Source of the DNA: Octopus vulgaris
Lineage: Eukaryota
Reading direction: 5' to 3'
NCBI GenBank assembly: GCA_951406725.2
Contig: OX597817.1
Coordinates: forward strand, 155,496,001-155,560,000
DNA length: 64,000 nucleotides
Positions 41,431-53,720 of the stretch are shown piece by piece; position 1 is the first letter of the stretch; each line of letters starts with the position of its first letter. Position numbers and translations under genes: made by a program. The notes under the pieces are model-generated. The model saw only the letters and a list, made by a program, of their open reading frames with translations. It was not told the DNA's origin and did not search any database.

Positions 41431-41787
41431 TTAAGGGTAAAAATCTAACATCAAAAATATTTCTGCAAATGTCTTTCAGAAAAAAGATATTTGGAAACAT
41501 TTTCACACATCTGGATATTATTTAAAATACAGGATGAGGCATACACATATAACAAAAACAAAAATAAAAGTTGACAAGTTTACTTTTGTTGTGCATGACA
41601 CATAAGGATTGCAATAATTGAAGAGACATGACAAAGCCTGCCTATCTCATGCCAGCATAGAAATGATGGATATAAAGTGATGGTAGAAGAAAATGATCAA
41701 TAAATTTGAACAAACTAATTAAGAAAAAAAATAAGATATCAAGAAATGGTTTCTAATATAAAACTGTCGACAAAAATACATTTATAC

Positions 41788-41876
41788 CTATCATCTTTTT
41801 TTGTTTGTATTGAACGTTCAATAATTTCCTTGATCTCTTCATTTTCTACCTTTTCTATAGCCTCTGGTCTAATCCC
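41788..41876 (-). CDS. WNK1: WNK kinase exon 5: GIRPEAIEKVENEEIKEIIERSIQTKKDDR
   Basis: atag acceptor, gtata donor, 89 nt, phase 0 to 2. Subdomain XI. Confidence 0.93.
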
Positions 41877-44147
41877 CTATTTAAAAAGAAAATATAAGGT
41901 CAAATTTTATCCAAAACTTTAAATACATTATCACGAAAATGTGTATACAAAGAAATAAACAGCCCAAATAAACATATATACTGATGCCATTTCAAATTAA
42001 TGGCTAGTAACATACAAACCAACTTTTAGCAACTGACAGAATTCTTTAAGCCAAAATCTGAAATATATTCAAAAACATCTAAAATAATTCAACAATATTA
42101 TTTAACAAGAAATTCTCAAAAAAAAAATTATATAATTACCCTTGTTATTTTTTACATAAAATATTTTATTTAATTCGATGGTTTATCAAATCAAATAATA
42201 GCTGCAAAGTGATAATTTCCCTTAATATCAGGACAAGAATATTTAACTGAAATTATTTAAGAAATTTCTTTTAATGCATCTTTTATTAAATGTAAGGAAA
42301 TATTACTTTTTGCATTCAGAATTTTTCAAATGCATATGGAAAATTTTGTTGCTTGTATACAATTGTTTTTCATCAATGTTCATCAAAAAGGATTTGCTTT
42401 ATAAAATAAAGCATTTTTTTTTTTTTTGAGAATAACTATATTTTAATAAGTAAATTCAAATAAGCATTAGGGTTCTTTATCTTGTCAAGAATGTTGAATT
42501 TTATGGCTGACAATGAATAAAAAACAATACAACAAAGACAAACCAGTTGTCTAACAAGGGGGATCGATTATATTTCTCTGAAAGCTGTTTTTTCACTTAT
42601 TCATAAATTATTAATGACTATCTAAGTGTTGAATCTAGAGTAATTTCCACAACATTATTAATCCCAAATGTATTCAATTTACTACTTGTATTCAATACTT
42701 ACTGAGGAACCATTCAGTTATTTTACATATGAAGAAGACAAGAAAGTTTCATTTCTTAAAACATTTTAAAATAATGTTACCTCACACAGAATTTTTTAAA
42801 ATAATGTTACTTGACAGAGAAATTACAAAAATGAAAAAAAAGGAAAGAAAAAAACAGAAAAGAAAACTAAGTAGAATGTTTTTGGTCACCTTGATGAAAT
42901 TATTTCACTTGTATTTGAAAATGAAATGTTTGCAAAAGAAAAATTTGGAATTAAACAAAAGAAAATACAAAAATAGACGGTCTGCCATCAGCAGTTCTGT
43001 GACAAGAGAAAATGAAAATAACTGCAAAATAATTAGTATATGATGTAGTTTAATATGAAAATACAAATCTGAGTACTTCAAAAAAAGTTACATGTCAAAA
43101 CACTAGATAAGGTTTCAAAAACCACTTTTCTTTTCTCATATTTTTAAACTGATTTATCAAAATCAAATAAAAGCTACAAGGTATATTTTCTTTTCAATGC
43201 TAAGACATAAGAATAGCTAACTTAAAACTATTTTTAAAAAAATCATTAAGCTTAAAAAAAAAAGGGAAAGAAAATTTTACTATTGCATTCAGGGCATTTC
43301 AAATTGATATGGAAATTTTAATTACTATATGTAATTGTTTTTCATAAATATTGATCAAAAAACTTTGCTTTAATTATAATAAAGCTTTTTTCTCTTTTTC
43401 TTTTTGAGAATTATCTCAAATGGGATCATGGAATTATCTCCCAATCTTACAATATTTGGTTACCAACTGATACTCGGGAGACACTTGGATGAAGATACCA
43501 ATCATGGAAATTGTATTCAGTTACCTAATCTGCCAAAGAAATAATTCTGAGAATGATTAATGTAATGCAACTCCTTTCTTACAATAAATACAGCAGCAAT
43601 GATGGCCAAATATCAAAAGTAGATAAAGAAATTGGATTACATAAGGTTCAAACTCAAATATTTAGAGGAATTAACAGATTGTAGTAGTTTGTTATTTTTT
43701 TTCATGCATCAATATTTTGATGTAACGACCACAGAAAAAATTCAATCAATAACATTAATATCAGGAATTATTCCATTAGTAATTTAAAGAACTGTATACT
43801 TAACAAGAGCTCGAAATTAAGAGGGCAACATCAAGCATTCCTGATCCCTTCAAATATTCACAATATTGAGGCAATTTCTTAGAAACTTATAAATGGCTTA
43901 AGTAAGAAAACAACACTTTTCTCTTTAAGAATGAAACTACAAAAATGTGTAAGATAAAAGCAAACAGAATTCCTATTTTGTTGATATATTCAACAATTCC
44001 TTAACTATGTTGACAATATGACCCTAAACTACAACAATAAAACTAAAAAAGATAACTGGTGTTCATTAAACAGAAGATACCTTCCCACTGTCTGAAATTC
44101 TCATTTAGGAAATGCTATAAAAAACATACTTAAAATATATAACTCAC

Positions 44148-44305
44148 ACTGGTGACTCTCTTGTAGATCTGCGCAGCATTCGAACATTCTTTGTAAGGGT
44201 ATTCTGACGTGGCCATCTCTAGCATGCACATTCCAAACGCGTACACATCCACGGATTCGTCATAGTGCTCTTCATACATCTCGGGCGCCATGAACTCAGG
44301 TGTAC
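44148..44305 (-). CDS. WNK1: WNK kinase exon 4: [53 protein letters not shown]
   Basis: ttaag acceptor, gtgag donor, 158 nt, phase 1 to 0. Subdomains VIII-X. Confidence 0.97.
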
Positions 44306-45183
44306 CTTAAAAGTATACAAAGATGATGTCTTTGTATGTTGTCTCGGCAGTCTAGAAAGGGAAAGACCGTGAGGGAATACAAGGTCATTAGTACAAGTGC
44401 AATCACCAGGAGTCCAGCGTCCTAGAATAAACTAGCGCAAAATCAAGAGCTAAGAATGACCCCCACGTCTTACCTTCTTGTATCACATACTGTAACAATC
44501 AATTTAACGGGAAAATCTGTTTCAAAACAGAAAGAACTGCATAATTACAGCCACAAAATAATATTAATACAAGTGTATTAATAACTGTAAAAAAAAAAAC
44601 AAAAAAAATTTTTTAAAGTGAAAAAAAAAAAAAAAATCTTGCAAATGTATATATGGGGAAACAATAGGTTTTAACTCACCCTTGTTAACTGCAGGCAGGA
44701 ACCTTTCAACTAAACTAAGCAGCATGACACAGGGCTTGTGATGGCAACATATTCAGTTTGAGAGAATTTGATGTTAAAAAAAAATACAATTCTAGATCCA
44801 ATGTAATACAATGTTAAAAATTGATAGTTATAAATATTGTTTATAATATTCAAAATGAAACCATTAGTCTGAAGCAACCATAACAATTACCATTGAAAAA
44901 AAAAAAAAAAAAGAGGAATTATATATAAAAAAAAACTGAAGATAAAATTTCTGCTGATCACAAGCAATGTGCACACTAAAGTTCTAAAAAAATTGAAATA
45001 GTTTAGCATTTTTCAAATGAAACAAATAATAAAACAATCAAATTGATGGTGAAGGAAATTCTGAAAGGCAAATTATTAAATTCCAAAATGAATACAAAGT
45101 ATATCTTCATATATGTATATATATTGTATATATCTATATATACATATAGATATATAAATATATAATTAGCATAAAATACATAC

Positions 45184-45404
45184 CTATAACACTCTTAGCA
45201 AAGGACTTATTTTTCAATGTGGCTAATCCTAAATCTCCTATTTTCACAGATCCAGTTGTTCCTGTTATGAATATGTTATCACATTTAAGATCACGGTGAA
45301 TCACAGGAGGTGTTCTAGTATGAAGAAACAGAAGTCCTTTAAGAATTTGTCGACACCAGTTCTTTAATACTTTGATGTTTATTTTTTTAAACCTTTTGAT
45401 GTAT
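45184..45404 (-). CDS. WNK1: WNK kinase exon 3: [74 protein letters not shown]
   Basis: ttctag acceptor, gt donor, 221 nt, phase 2 to 1. Catalytic loop, DLG motif and activation-loop serines. Confidence 0.97.
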
Positions 45405-45574
45405 CTAGAAATAGAAAATGAGAAAAATACTCATAGCTGGTATGTGCGTGTGTGTGTGTGTATGCAATTCCAAATTCAGCAGTAATGTCTTAACTTCTAG
45501 GTTTATAGAATTGTAAGTGTTGGTGTAAAAATTTTTTAAGATGCTGTTGTTCTATTATATACAGTTCTATGTCT

Positions 45575-45963
45575 GGAGGCGCAATGGTCCAGTGGTTAGG
45601 GCAGCGGACTTGCGGTCATAGGATCGCGGTTTCGATTCCCAGACCGGGCGTTGTGAGTGTTTATTGGGCGAAAACACCTAAAAGCTCCACGAGGCTCCGG
45701 CAGGGGATGGTGGTGATCCCTGCTGTACTCTTTCACCACAACTTTCTCTCACTCTTACTTCCTGTTTCTGTTGTACCTGTAATTTTTCAAAGGGCCGGCC
45801 TTGTCACTCTCTGTGTCACGCTGAATATCCCCGAGAACTACGTTAAGGGTGCACGTGTCTGTGGAGTGCTCAGCCACTTACACGTTAATTTCACGAGCAG
45901 GTTGTTCCGTTGATCGGATCAACCAGAACCCTCGTCGTTGTAACCGACGGAGTGCTTCCATCC
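45575..45963 (+). mobile_element. Young full-length tRNA-derived SINE with a 12-bp target site duplication
   Basis: A box TGGTCCAGTGG, B box GGTTTCGATTCC. TSD ACAGTTCTATGT at 45561-45572 and 45964-45975. CpGs intact. Confidence 0.9.
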
Positions 45964-46072
45964 ACAGTTCTATGTATGCTATAGGGATTGTTAGTCTTAC
46001 TGGGAGGTACAGATTTTTTAAGTAGTTTTGGAATGTGCAGTTGATTATAAGTTACTATAAAGAAAAACTTAC

Positions 46073-46248
46073 GTTTTCAGTGTCCCAGAAGTCATCAGTT
46101 CAGTTACTAGAATAATTATTTTTCGACCTCGGGTATTGGTTTCTTCCCATGAATCATAAAACCGTACAATATTTGGATGTTGTAGGTCTTTTAACATTTC
46201 TGCTTCTTCTCGGAAACGTTGTTTTTCACTTTTATTCCATTTTTTATC
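46073..46248 (-). CDS. WNK1: WNK kinase exon (equivalent to WNK1 exon 2): [34 protein letters not shown]...[10 protein letters not shown]
   Basis: tttag acceptor, gtaag donor, 176 nt, phase 0 to 2. Kinase subdomains III-V. Confidence 0.95.
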
Positions 46249-47199
46249 CTAAATAAAAGAAAAATTTAATATCATTAAATTACAATGACTCAACCACTGT
46301 ACCAACATAAACACATTGTATTAAAAGCTACAAAAAAGAAATCATAAACAAGAGCAAGTTATAAACAAAAACTACTTCCAAAGTCAACAATTATTGAAAT
46401 AAATTTTAATTGTTAAAGGCTTTCTTAAAAACAGGACAAAATAAAAGGTGATATGTTCTCAAATTATTTGCAGTCAATAAGATCTGAGTAAGTCTCGCAA
46501 AAAATAAAACATTGTAAAATTGAGAATCATTTTCAAACTATAAAATGAAAACCTTCTGATTTATAATAAAAATGAGTTAATCATTAGCACAAAGCTACAT
46601 ATTTGAAAATGAAAATTTATAGACAATTGAATCAACAGCAGTATAGATTCTAAAAGAGTGAAGAATATCCTAAGAGATACTTCAAAGCGATGAAAAACAA
46701 GATTAGTCCCAGTAACATTTTAAAGAAGAATATAGAGGGCCAAAAGTAAATACTGTAAAACATTTACTCCAGCACTCTATGTAAAGAGACCTTCTCAAGT
46801 TGCTCAGAAATCCGGAAGTTTCTTCAGGTCAAGCCACAATTTCTCTACATTGCGAGGTTACAGATCTGGTACTATGGATATGTAATTACAATGTTGCAGG
46901 ATTCTGGCAAGACACTTAGCGGTAGACCAAAAATGAGATGATTGAATAATATCCATAGTCTCAGTTGGTCATAGCTGAGAATCCAGAGGGAAGTCTAATG
47001 ATAGGACCTTGTAGATGAGGTGTCTGAGAACTCTACCCCCATGATCCCTCCTCCCAGGAATAGCAGACAGAGAAGATGGAAGGCTGGATACAATGTTCTG
47101 CTTGAAAAATTATCAAAATTAATGCTATTCTATGTGATATCAGTAAAGGCAATCATACCTAGCTTGATAACCATCTCGCTACTTTGTCCAACTATGAGC

Positions 47200-47890
47200 A
47201 CTATCCCTCTTTAAGCACCTGGATCAAAAGTTTCCTGCCTAACAAGTACATGCACTGCAAACTGACAGGCTCCATCAATCCAACAATAAAGTTAAAGTTT
47301 GTGAAGAGTTATACAAGCTGCATACAGGTGCAATCAGCAAAGAGAGAGTGAGCATGTTCAGTGATGAATTTAGCATGAAAGTAAGGATCTACAAGGGCTC
47401 AGTCCTCAGCCCACTTCTATTTATTATAATAAAGGAGTTTATGGCTAGTTGCCAGCGGGAACTCTTGTATGCTGATAACCCTGTTCTTATAGCAGAATCT
47501 GTGGACAATTTGGAGAAGAAATTTTAAACATGGAACAAAAGCTGGAACTGAAGGAGCTTAAAATAGACTTACTCAAGACTAAAGTTATGTTAAACAGAAA
47601 AGGAAAGAAATGTAATGATGGATTATAGATGAGTAGAGGAAAATGATGATTATAAAATGAATTAGATGCAGCATGCAAGAAGACTACATTGGTATAAGCA
47701 TGTGATGAATATTGATAATGACAGCTGTGTAAGGTGATGAGCATTGAAAGTGGATGGAATCTATGAAAGAGAAAAACTTAGAGAGCCATGGGATGAAGTA
47801 ATAAAGACTGATCTCAAGATGCTAGGCCTAACAAAAACGATGACAAAGAATTGCTAGGTTAGCAGCATGTAGTGTTAGAGAAAACCCACT
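47200..47890 (+). mobile_element. Old degraded RTE RT fragment
   Basis: QGLSPQPT/GSVLSPLLFI-like and ELLYADN remnants colinear with 38900-39990. Confidence 0.65.
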
Positions 47891-50585
47891 CTCATACAAG
47901 CACAGCAAAAAGAACACTAAAATAAGAGCAGTGGTTGTGGTTGTGAAGCTCTTGCTGCTTTCAGTCTTTGACTACCACTGCCTCTCTTCCAACATCGTTT
48001 CCAACATCTCAACAAATTCTTATCTTCTTCTCTCTAACTATATACAGACAAGCACACAATTTACACACACACACAAACATGTACAAGTGTGTGTGTGTGT
48101 GTGTACACGTCATTTAACATCTATTTTCCATGTTGGCAAGGGTTGGACAGTTTAACAGGGGCTGGCTAGGTATAAGACCAGGCTTCACTGTTTTGGCAGG
48201 GTTTTTATGGTTGGATGCCCTTCCTAACACCAACCACCTTACAGATACACACACACACACATAATATATCCAGCCCCTTGAAAGGCTCTTGACTGGTGAG
48301 TCACATTGCTTAATGACCTCACTGATGCTGGTGCCATTGCCAAAGCAGACTTTAGAGTTTGGCAGAGTCCTCTGGCTCGCCAGCTTCTGTCAAACCATCT
48401 AATCAATGCCAACATGGAAAATGGACATAAAATGGCAATGATTACACACACAATGTGTGTGTTAGTAAACACTGCAAAGCTGCCATATTTTGTCTTGGAG
48501 AGACTCCTTTAAAGATTTATTTTCTTTTTAAAGGGAGTGAAGCAAAATGAACTACAAATAGATTTCAAATCTATATTCCACTGAAGTGACATGCTGAGCT
48601 AGATGCATGTTAAGCAACTAATCTATTCTCACAATTACCAGGATACCAATGTAGAACATTGCAATTATTATGGCAATTATTTTCTAATTCCTAAACTCCT
48701 GAACTCCACTTTATGGAAACCAAAACAGTCTACTATAAGAGTGTCTTTTCGTAACTTTTATGGTGCAAGCAGTGAATTGGCAGAGTTCTTAGAACATTGG
48801 GTAAAATGTATTTATTCTGGTACTCTATGCCCTCAAGTCCAAATACTGCCAAACTGATTTTACCTTTCATCCCTTCAAGGTTGTAAAATAATGTACTAGT
48901 CAAGTTCAATGGGTGTTTTCCCTCTCTCTTGGAATCAGCTTCATTAAAGTGATCAAGAACAGATCATTCCAATCATTAGATGCCCATCAAGCCTTTCACA
49001 ATCAGAGTGGTGAAAGGATTAGTGGGGCTACAACAGTGTGGTAGAACAAACTCTTTTTAACATTTCAATTAAGACAACTTTGAGCAAAAAAGAAAAAAAA
49101 AACTATTGAAATAGATGATAGCTTTGACCTCCAGTTCAACTATACTATTGTTTGTAATAACTACTATTAGCTTTCTTAAAAGCAATGCTATTTATAAAAG
49201 TTTTCTCTAAGCTTGAAATCTTCTCATCAAAGACCTTGAACCTTTTTAAAACTGTCTTCAATTTTTAATACTCTTGCATCATGTGTATGTATCTCTAACC
49301 TCCTAAACCTGTATTCAGGCCTTACAAGAATTTTTACATTGTTCCTGAATTTTTTTTTTATTTGTTATCCTTTAAATTTCCTAAGGGTATATAAGGATTA
49401 CCTTATATAATCATAGAATAGCGTATGTCCATTCATAAATTTTCATTACTTATTGAACATATTTCATATGTATAAAGCTCAACATGAAATAATCAAACTA
49501 CTTATTGACTTTACCATTCTCAGTTCAAATCTTACCAACGGTAATTTATGAAGTTGATTACATAAGTATCAATAATATATTGAATGTAGGCCATTACTGG
49601 AGTTTGCTTTTAAACAATCAGTAACCTAATAGTTGGCGTCACTATAGAGCTCTGTAGAAGAAAGACAAGCACAGTTTGACCACGCAAAAACCCACATTTT
49701 GGTTGATCATTTTCATGTCAAAATACATTTTTTTAGTGAACAATTACATAACATTTGAAAGTTCTGGATGTGAACTTTTATCGTTAATTTTCACTTAAAA
49801 TCTTTTTGGATGCTCTCCAAGGAAAAACCAAAAATACAGAAGTTAGATTTCGATATTTTCAAAGATTCATAGGGATACCTACTACTGGTATAAAAATGCT
49901 AAGTTAGGTAGACTAATAAAATAAAGGTTAGGAATTGAAACCTTATTGCAATTATTACTTATTCTTTATGCAAACTTTGTACTTGCTTCAGTCTACACCG
50001 CGAAAATGGTTTTTATTCTCTTTAACACTAAGGGAAACTATAAAGGGAAAATAAGATACAGTCGCAAACTTTACTAAGATATATTTGAGATTGTAGTTTC
50101 TGTAATATAGAAAATGTATGTTTCTTCTTTGGTCACGAGATACAAATAAGCAACAATAATGATAATTATGCACACATTTTCATATAGTAGATTTGTTTGC
50201 AGTAGAAACAAATAACACTAATTTTAGAATGTCCAAAATGATTACAACAAAAGCTATTAAATATATTTTTATCCTAGCAACAAAGTCTATCAAATCAAAA
50301 TTTATCAAAACTTATATGAGAGAAATTACAAAGCAATTATGCTCTTTTATGTCATTTGTACAAGCAACAAAAATCTAGCTTCAGAGGATTTTTTTTTTTA
50401 TTGTTGTATTGGGAATTATGATACCCAATTACACTTCTGAGAGTGCTAATAAACTTGATATGTGAAGCACAATATCAGAGTAAATGTATCAAGATTCTTC
50501 TGAGTTCAAAACCTGCTTAAGAAGTAATCTAGTTGACAAACTAAGAACTAATAAAATATTGATGGTCAATTCATATGACTGTGTA

Positions 50586-50972
50586 CTTTTTACTCTTTTA
50601 CTTGTTTCAGTCATTTGACGGCGGCCATGTTGGAGCACCGCCTTTAGTCGAGCAAATCGACCCCAGGACTTATTCTTTGTAAGCCTAGTACTTATTCTAT
50701 CGGTCTCTTTTGCCGAACCGCTAAGTTACGGGGACGTTCACACACCAGCATCGGTTGTCAAGTGACGTTGGGGGGGGGGGGGGGGACAAACACAGACATA
50801 TATATATACAACGGGCTTCTTTCAGTTTCCGTCTACCAAATCCACTCACAAGGCATTGGTCGGCCCGGGGATATAGCAGAAGACACTTGCCCAAGATGCC
50901 ACGCAGTGGGACTGAACCCAGAACTATGTGGTTGGTAAGCAAGCTACTTACCACACAGCCACTCCTACACCT
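50586..50972 (-). mobile_element. tRNA-derived SINE, family A, full length
   Basis: Same sequence as 23209-23588. Confidence 0.9.
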
Positions 50973-52099
50973 ATGAAAGAAAAAAAAACTGATCTAGAAC
51001 CAAGCCCAACATAATCTTTCAAGTGTCATAAAAAGCTGCTAAATAAGGAAGCGAGAATTCTTCACACTGGGTTACTTATGGAAATAAAATTTGCTAATGC
51101 ATGTTGAAAGGAAGAAAATAAAGTAAAAAGCTGCATCTTGCAGCTTTTAAGTTATTTACTTATGAAACCAAATTTTTCATTTCAAATAGGGATTATCTGT
51201 AATAGCATATTATAATAATGAGCAGAAAGAGAATGTGCTGAAATTCAGCACATTGTCTTGAGTTCACATCATGATCATATAGTGAGCAAAGACAATACAA
51301 AATGCACTTTTTGGCTGTAAAAAATGCAAAAAGAAAAAAATATATAAAAGAGCCTCTTGCTTGCTCGTTAACATTTACACACACACACATTGTCTATCAG
51401 CTAATAATAGATATTTCCAAAGCCAAAAGGAACTGAAAATTATCAAGATGTGTGTATGTATATAAATATATACATACACACATATCAGTTTCAAATTTTG
51501 GCAGAAGTTTGGCATTGGGGAGGGTACAACTCCAGTGCTCAGCTGGTACTTATTTTACTGACCCTGAAAGGATGACAAACAAAGTCAGTCCCAGCAGCAT
51601 TTAATACAGAATATAAAGGCAGATGAAATGCCACTAAGCATTTTTCTAAGTGTGCTAGCAATTCTGCCAGCTCATTGCCTTCACACATACATTTATACCT
51701 TACCATCATGTCTCAATGCTTGCACAGGTCAGCTGGAATTTGCTGAAGCAGACTTTCTACAGTTGTATGCCATTCCTGTCACCAGCCCTCACCTGTTTCC
51801 AAGCAAGGTAATATTTCCTCATGGCCAGACTTCTATTCACAGAAGATTGCAAATGAAAAACACTGCTTGTATGATGGTGACAGCTGTTTTACAGCAATCA
51901 TGCTATGGCAAGACAAAGGAGATGCAAACCCAAAGGCGCGCACACACACACACACACACACAGACAGACCCGTCAAATTTTTTAGCAATATTTGGATATG
52001 TGCTAGTTTGTGGTAGGTATGAATATCATGCGGCTGAAGCAGTTCAAGCTGTGTAAAGTGCCCACTGAAGTTGGTAGCATCATGCACTAACATATGCAT

Positions 52100-53110
52100 T
52101 GCTTCACAGTGTGAGATTTGAAAATTGCAAAGACGAATGTGCGATGTAGTCAAATTCAGGAACTTATGCTTTACAAATTCATGTAAATGTCATGGAAGCA
52201 ACCCAAAACATTGTGTGAAAGGTGAAGGCACAGTTAATCACACTCCAGTAACCAGATGGTTCAAGAAATTTCACCCATTCCAGTTGCAAGAACCTCGATG
52301 AGCAGGCAAGATCAGGTAGGCCTAAAACCATGGATTCCAAGGCTGTACACCAAGCCATAGAGGCAAATCCAGTGGGTAGCACCTGGAGGGTACCAGGTGA
52401 GCTTGGCATCTCACAGTCCAGTGTGGTTCATCATCTCCACAACTTTGACAAAAGCATCCAGAGTGGCCAAATTGTGTCTCATGAATTGACCCCAACAAAG
52501 AGGCAGATGGACTGTAAGGAACTCCTAGAAAACCCATATGATCTGTGTTTCCTCAAGAGGATAATAATGTGCAATGAAAAGTGGATATATTTTCCCACAA
52601 TCCTTACATGCATAAGCAGTGGTTAAGCAAGGGCCAGCTTCTAGAACCTGTTGCCAAGCAATGGGTGTTTCAAACACAAGGTGATGCTCTGCGTCTAGTG
52701 AAGTTGAGGGGATAATGCACTGCAAATTTGTTTTGGACAGTCAAACCAACAATGTCAATCTACATTCTGAACAGCTGTATGCTATTGCACAGCAAAAATA
52801 CCTGGCATTGGTTAACAGAAAGTAAGCTCTTCTGCAGCAAGTCAACACATACAGCTTGAATGATCTGGAATAAACTCCAAAAGCTTGAGGGAATCGCAGT
52901 CCAGACCTAACTCACTTGGATAATAACTTGTTCCAAAACATGACTCACTTCCTGCACTCATGATGCTTCATCAACCAAGAGGGGGTGGAAGCTTCAGTGA
53001 AGGAGTTTTTCATCTTGAAAGACAAGAACTGTTATCAGCATGGGATCAAAGAACTAGCAGAAAGGTGGTTTCAGACAGTAAAACATGATGGCCTCTACTT
53101 TGGATGCTAG
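52100..53110 (+). mobile_element. Degraded mariner transposase
   Basis: RWFKKF, RSGRP, ELGISQSSVVHHL, VSHELT (from WVPHEL) and RIIMCNEKWIYF, with multiple stops. Confidence 0.85.
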
Positions 53111-53304
53111 GCTGCTTTTGCTGTAACTTGACAAATAAAGCAAATACATAGCCATGATGCAATTTTAGATAAGTGAATGTACAATTGAAAACTTATACAT
53201 ACCACAATATCAATTTTCTTTATATAAATAGTCCTTGAGAATAATTTCTTTTCCTTGGATTCATAAGAAAATAAATACAACCAAAATATTTTCTGATAAA
53301 AAAA

Positions 53305-53720
53305 AACAAACTGAGAATAGGCAGGGTGATCAACCAGTTCAAAGCCATAGTTACGCACAACAGCCATTGAAACAAAGGGTTTGTGTGCTGGAGCACTGTC
53401 CTGATGAAACAAGATCCCTTTCGTCAGTTTTCCTGGGCATTTGGTCCTTGATAATCTTTTATAACTACCTCAGCCAGTTAGTATAGTAATCTCTATTGAT
53501 GGTGTAGTCCTTTTGAAGATAGTCAATAAACACAATACCTTTTACACTCTAAAAAACTGAGACCATCAACTTCTCAGCAGATGAAATGCCCATGGCTTTC
53601 TCTGGAGTAGGTGAGGAGGGGGGTGTTTCCACTGCAGGGATTATCTCTTTGTATCTGGCTTAAAGTGATGAACCCAACACTCATCCTGGCTTAGAAAACA
53701 TTCAAAGAAACCAGTTGTGA
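53305..53720 (-). mobile_element. Second mariner transposase fragment
   Basis: FHQDSAPAHK...GFELVDHPAYS in ORF 53107..53412. Confidence 0.8.

Larger units (their letters stand above)
1..46248 (-). other. WNK1: WNK family Ser/Thr protein kinase gene, multi-exon, incomplete at both ends (invertebrate co-ortholog of WNK1-4)
   Basis: Spliced minus-strand exons give [24 protein letters not shown] (the WNK-specific DLG), [16 protein letters not shown], RFxV motifs and a C-terminal coiled coil. Exon phases are consistent throughout. Confidence 0.96.

Noticed and set aside
42763-42822. Short tandem duplication TTTTAAAATAATGTTAC
   Set aside because: Ordinary slippage duplication in an AT-rich intron.
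45575-45650. tRNA gene
   Set aside because: The tRNA-like head runs into a 300-bp SINE body bounded by a TSD, so it is a SINE.
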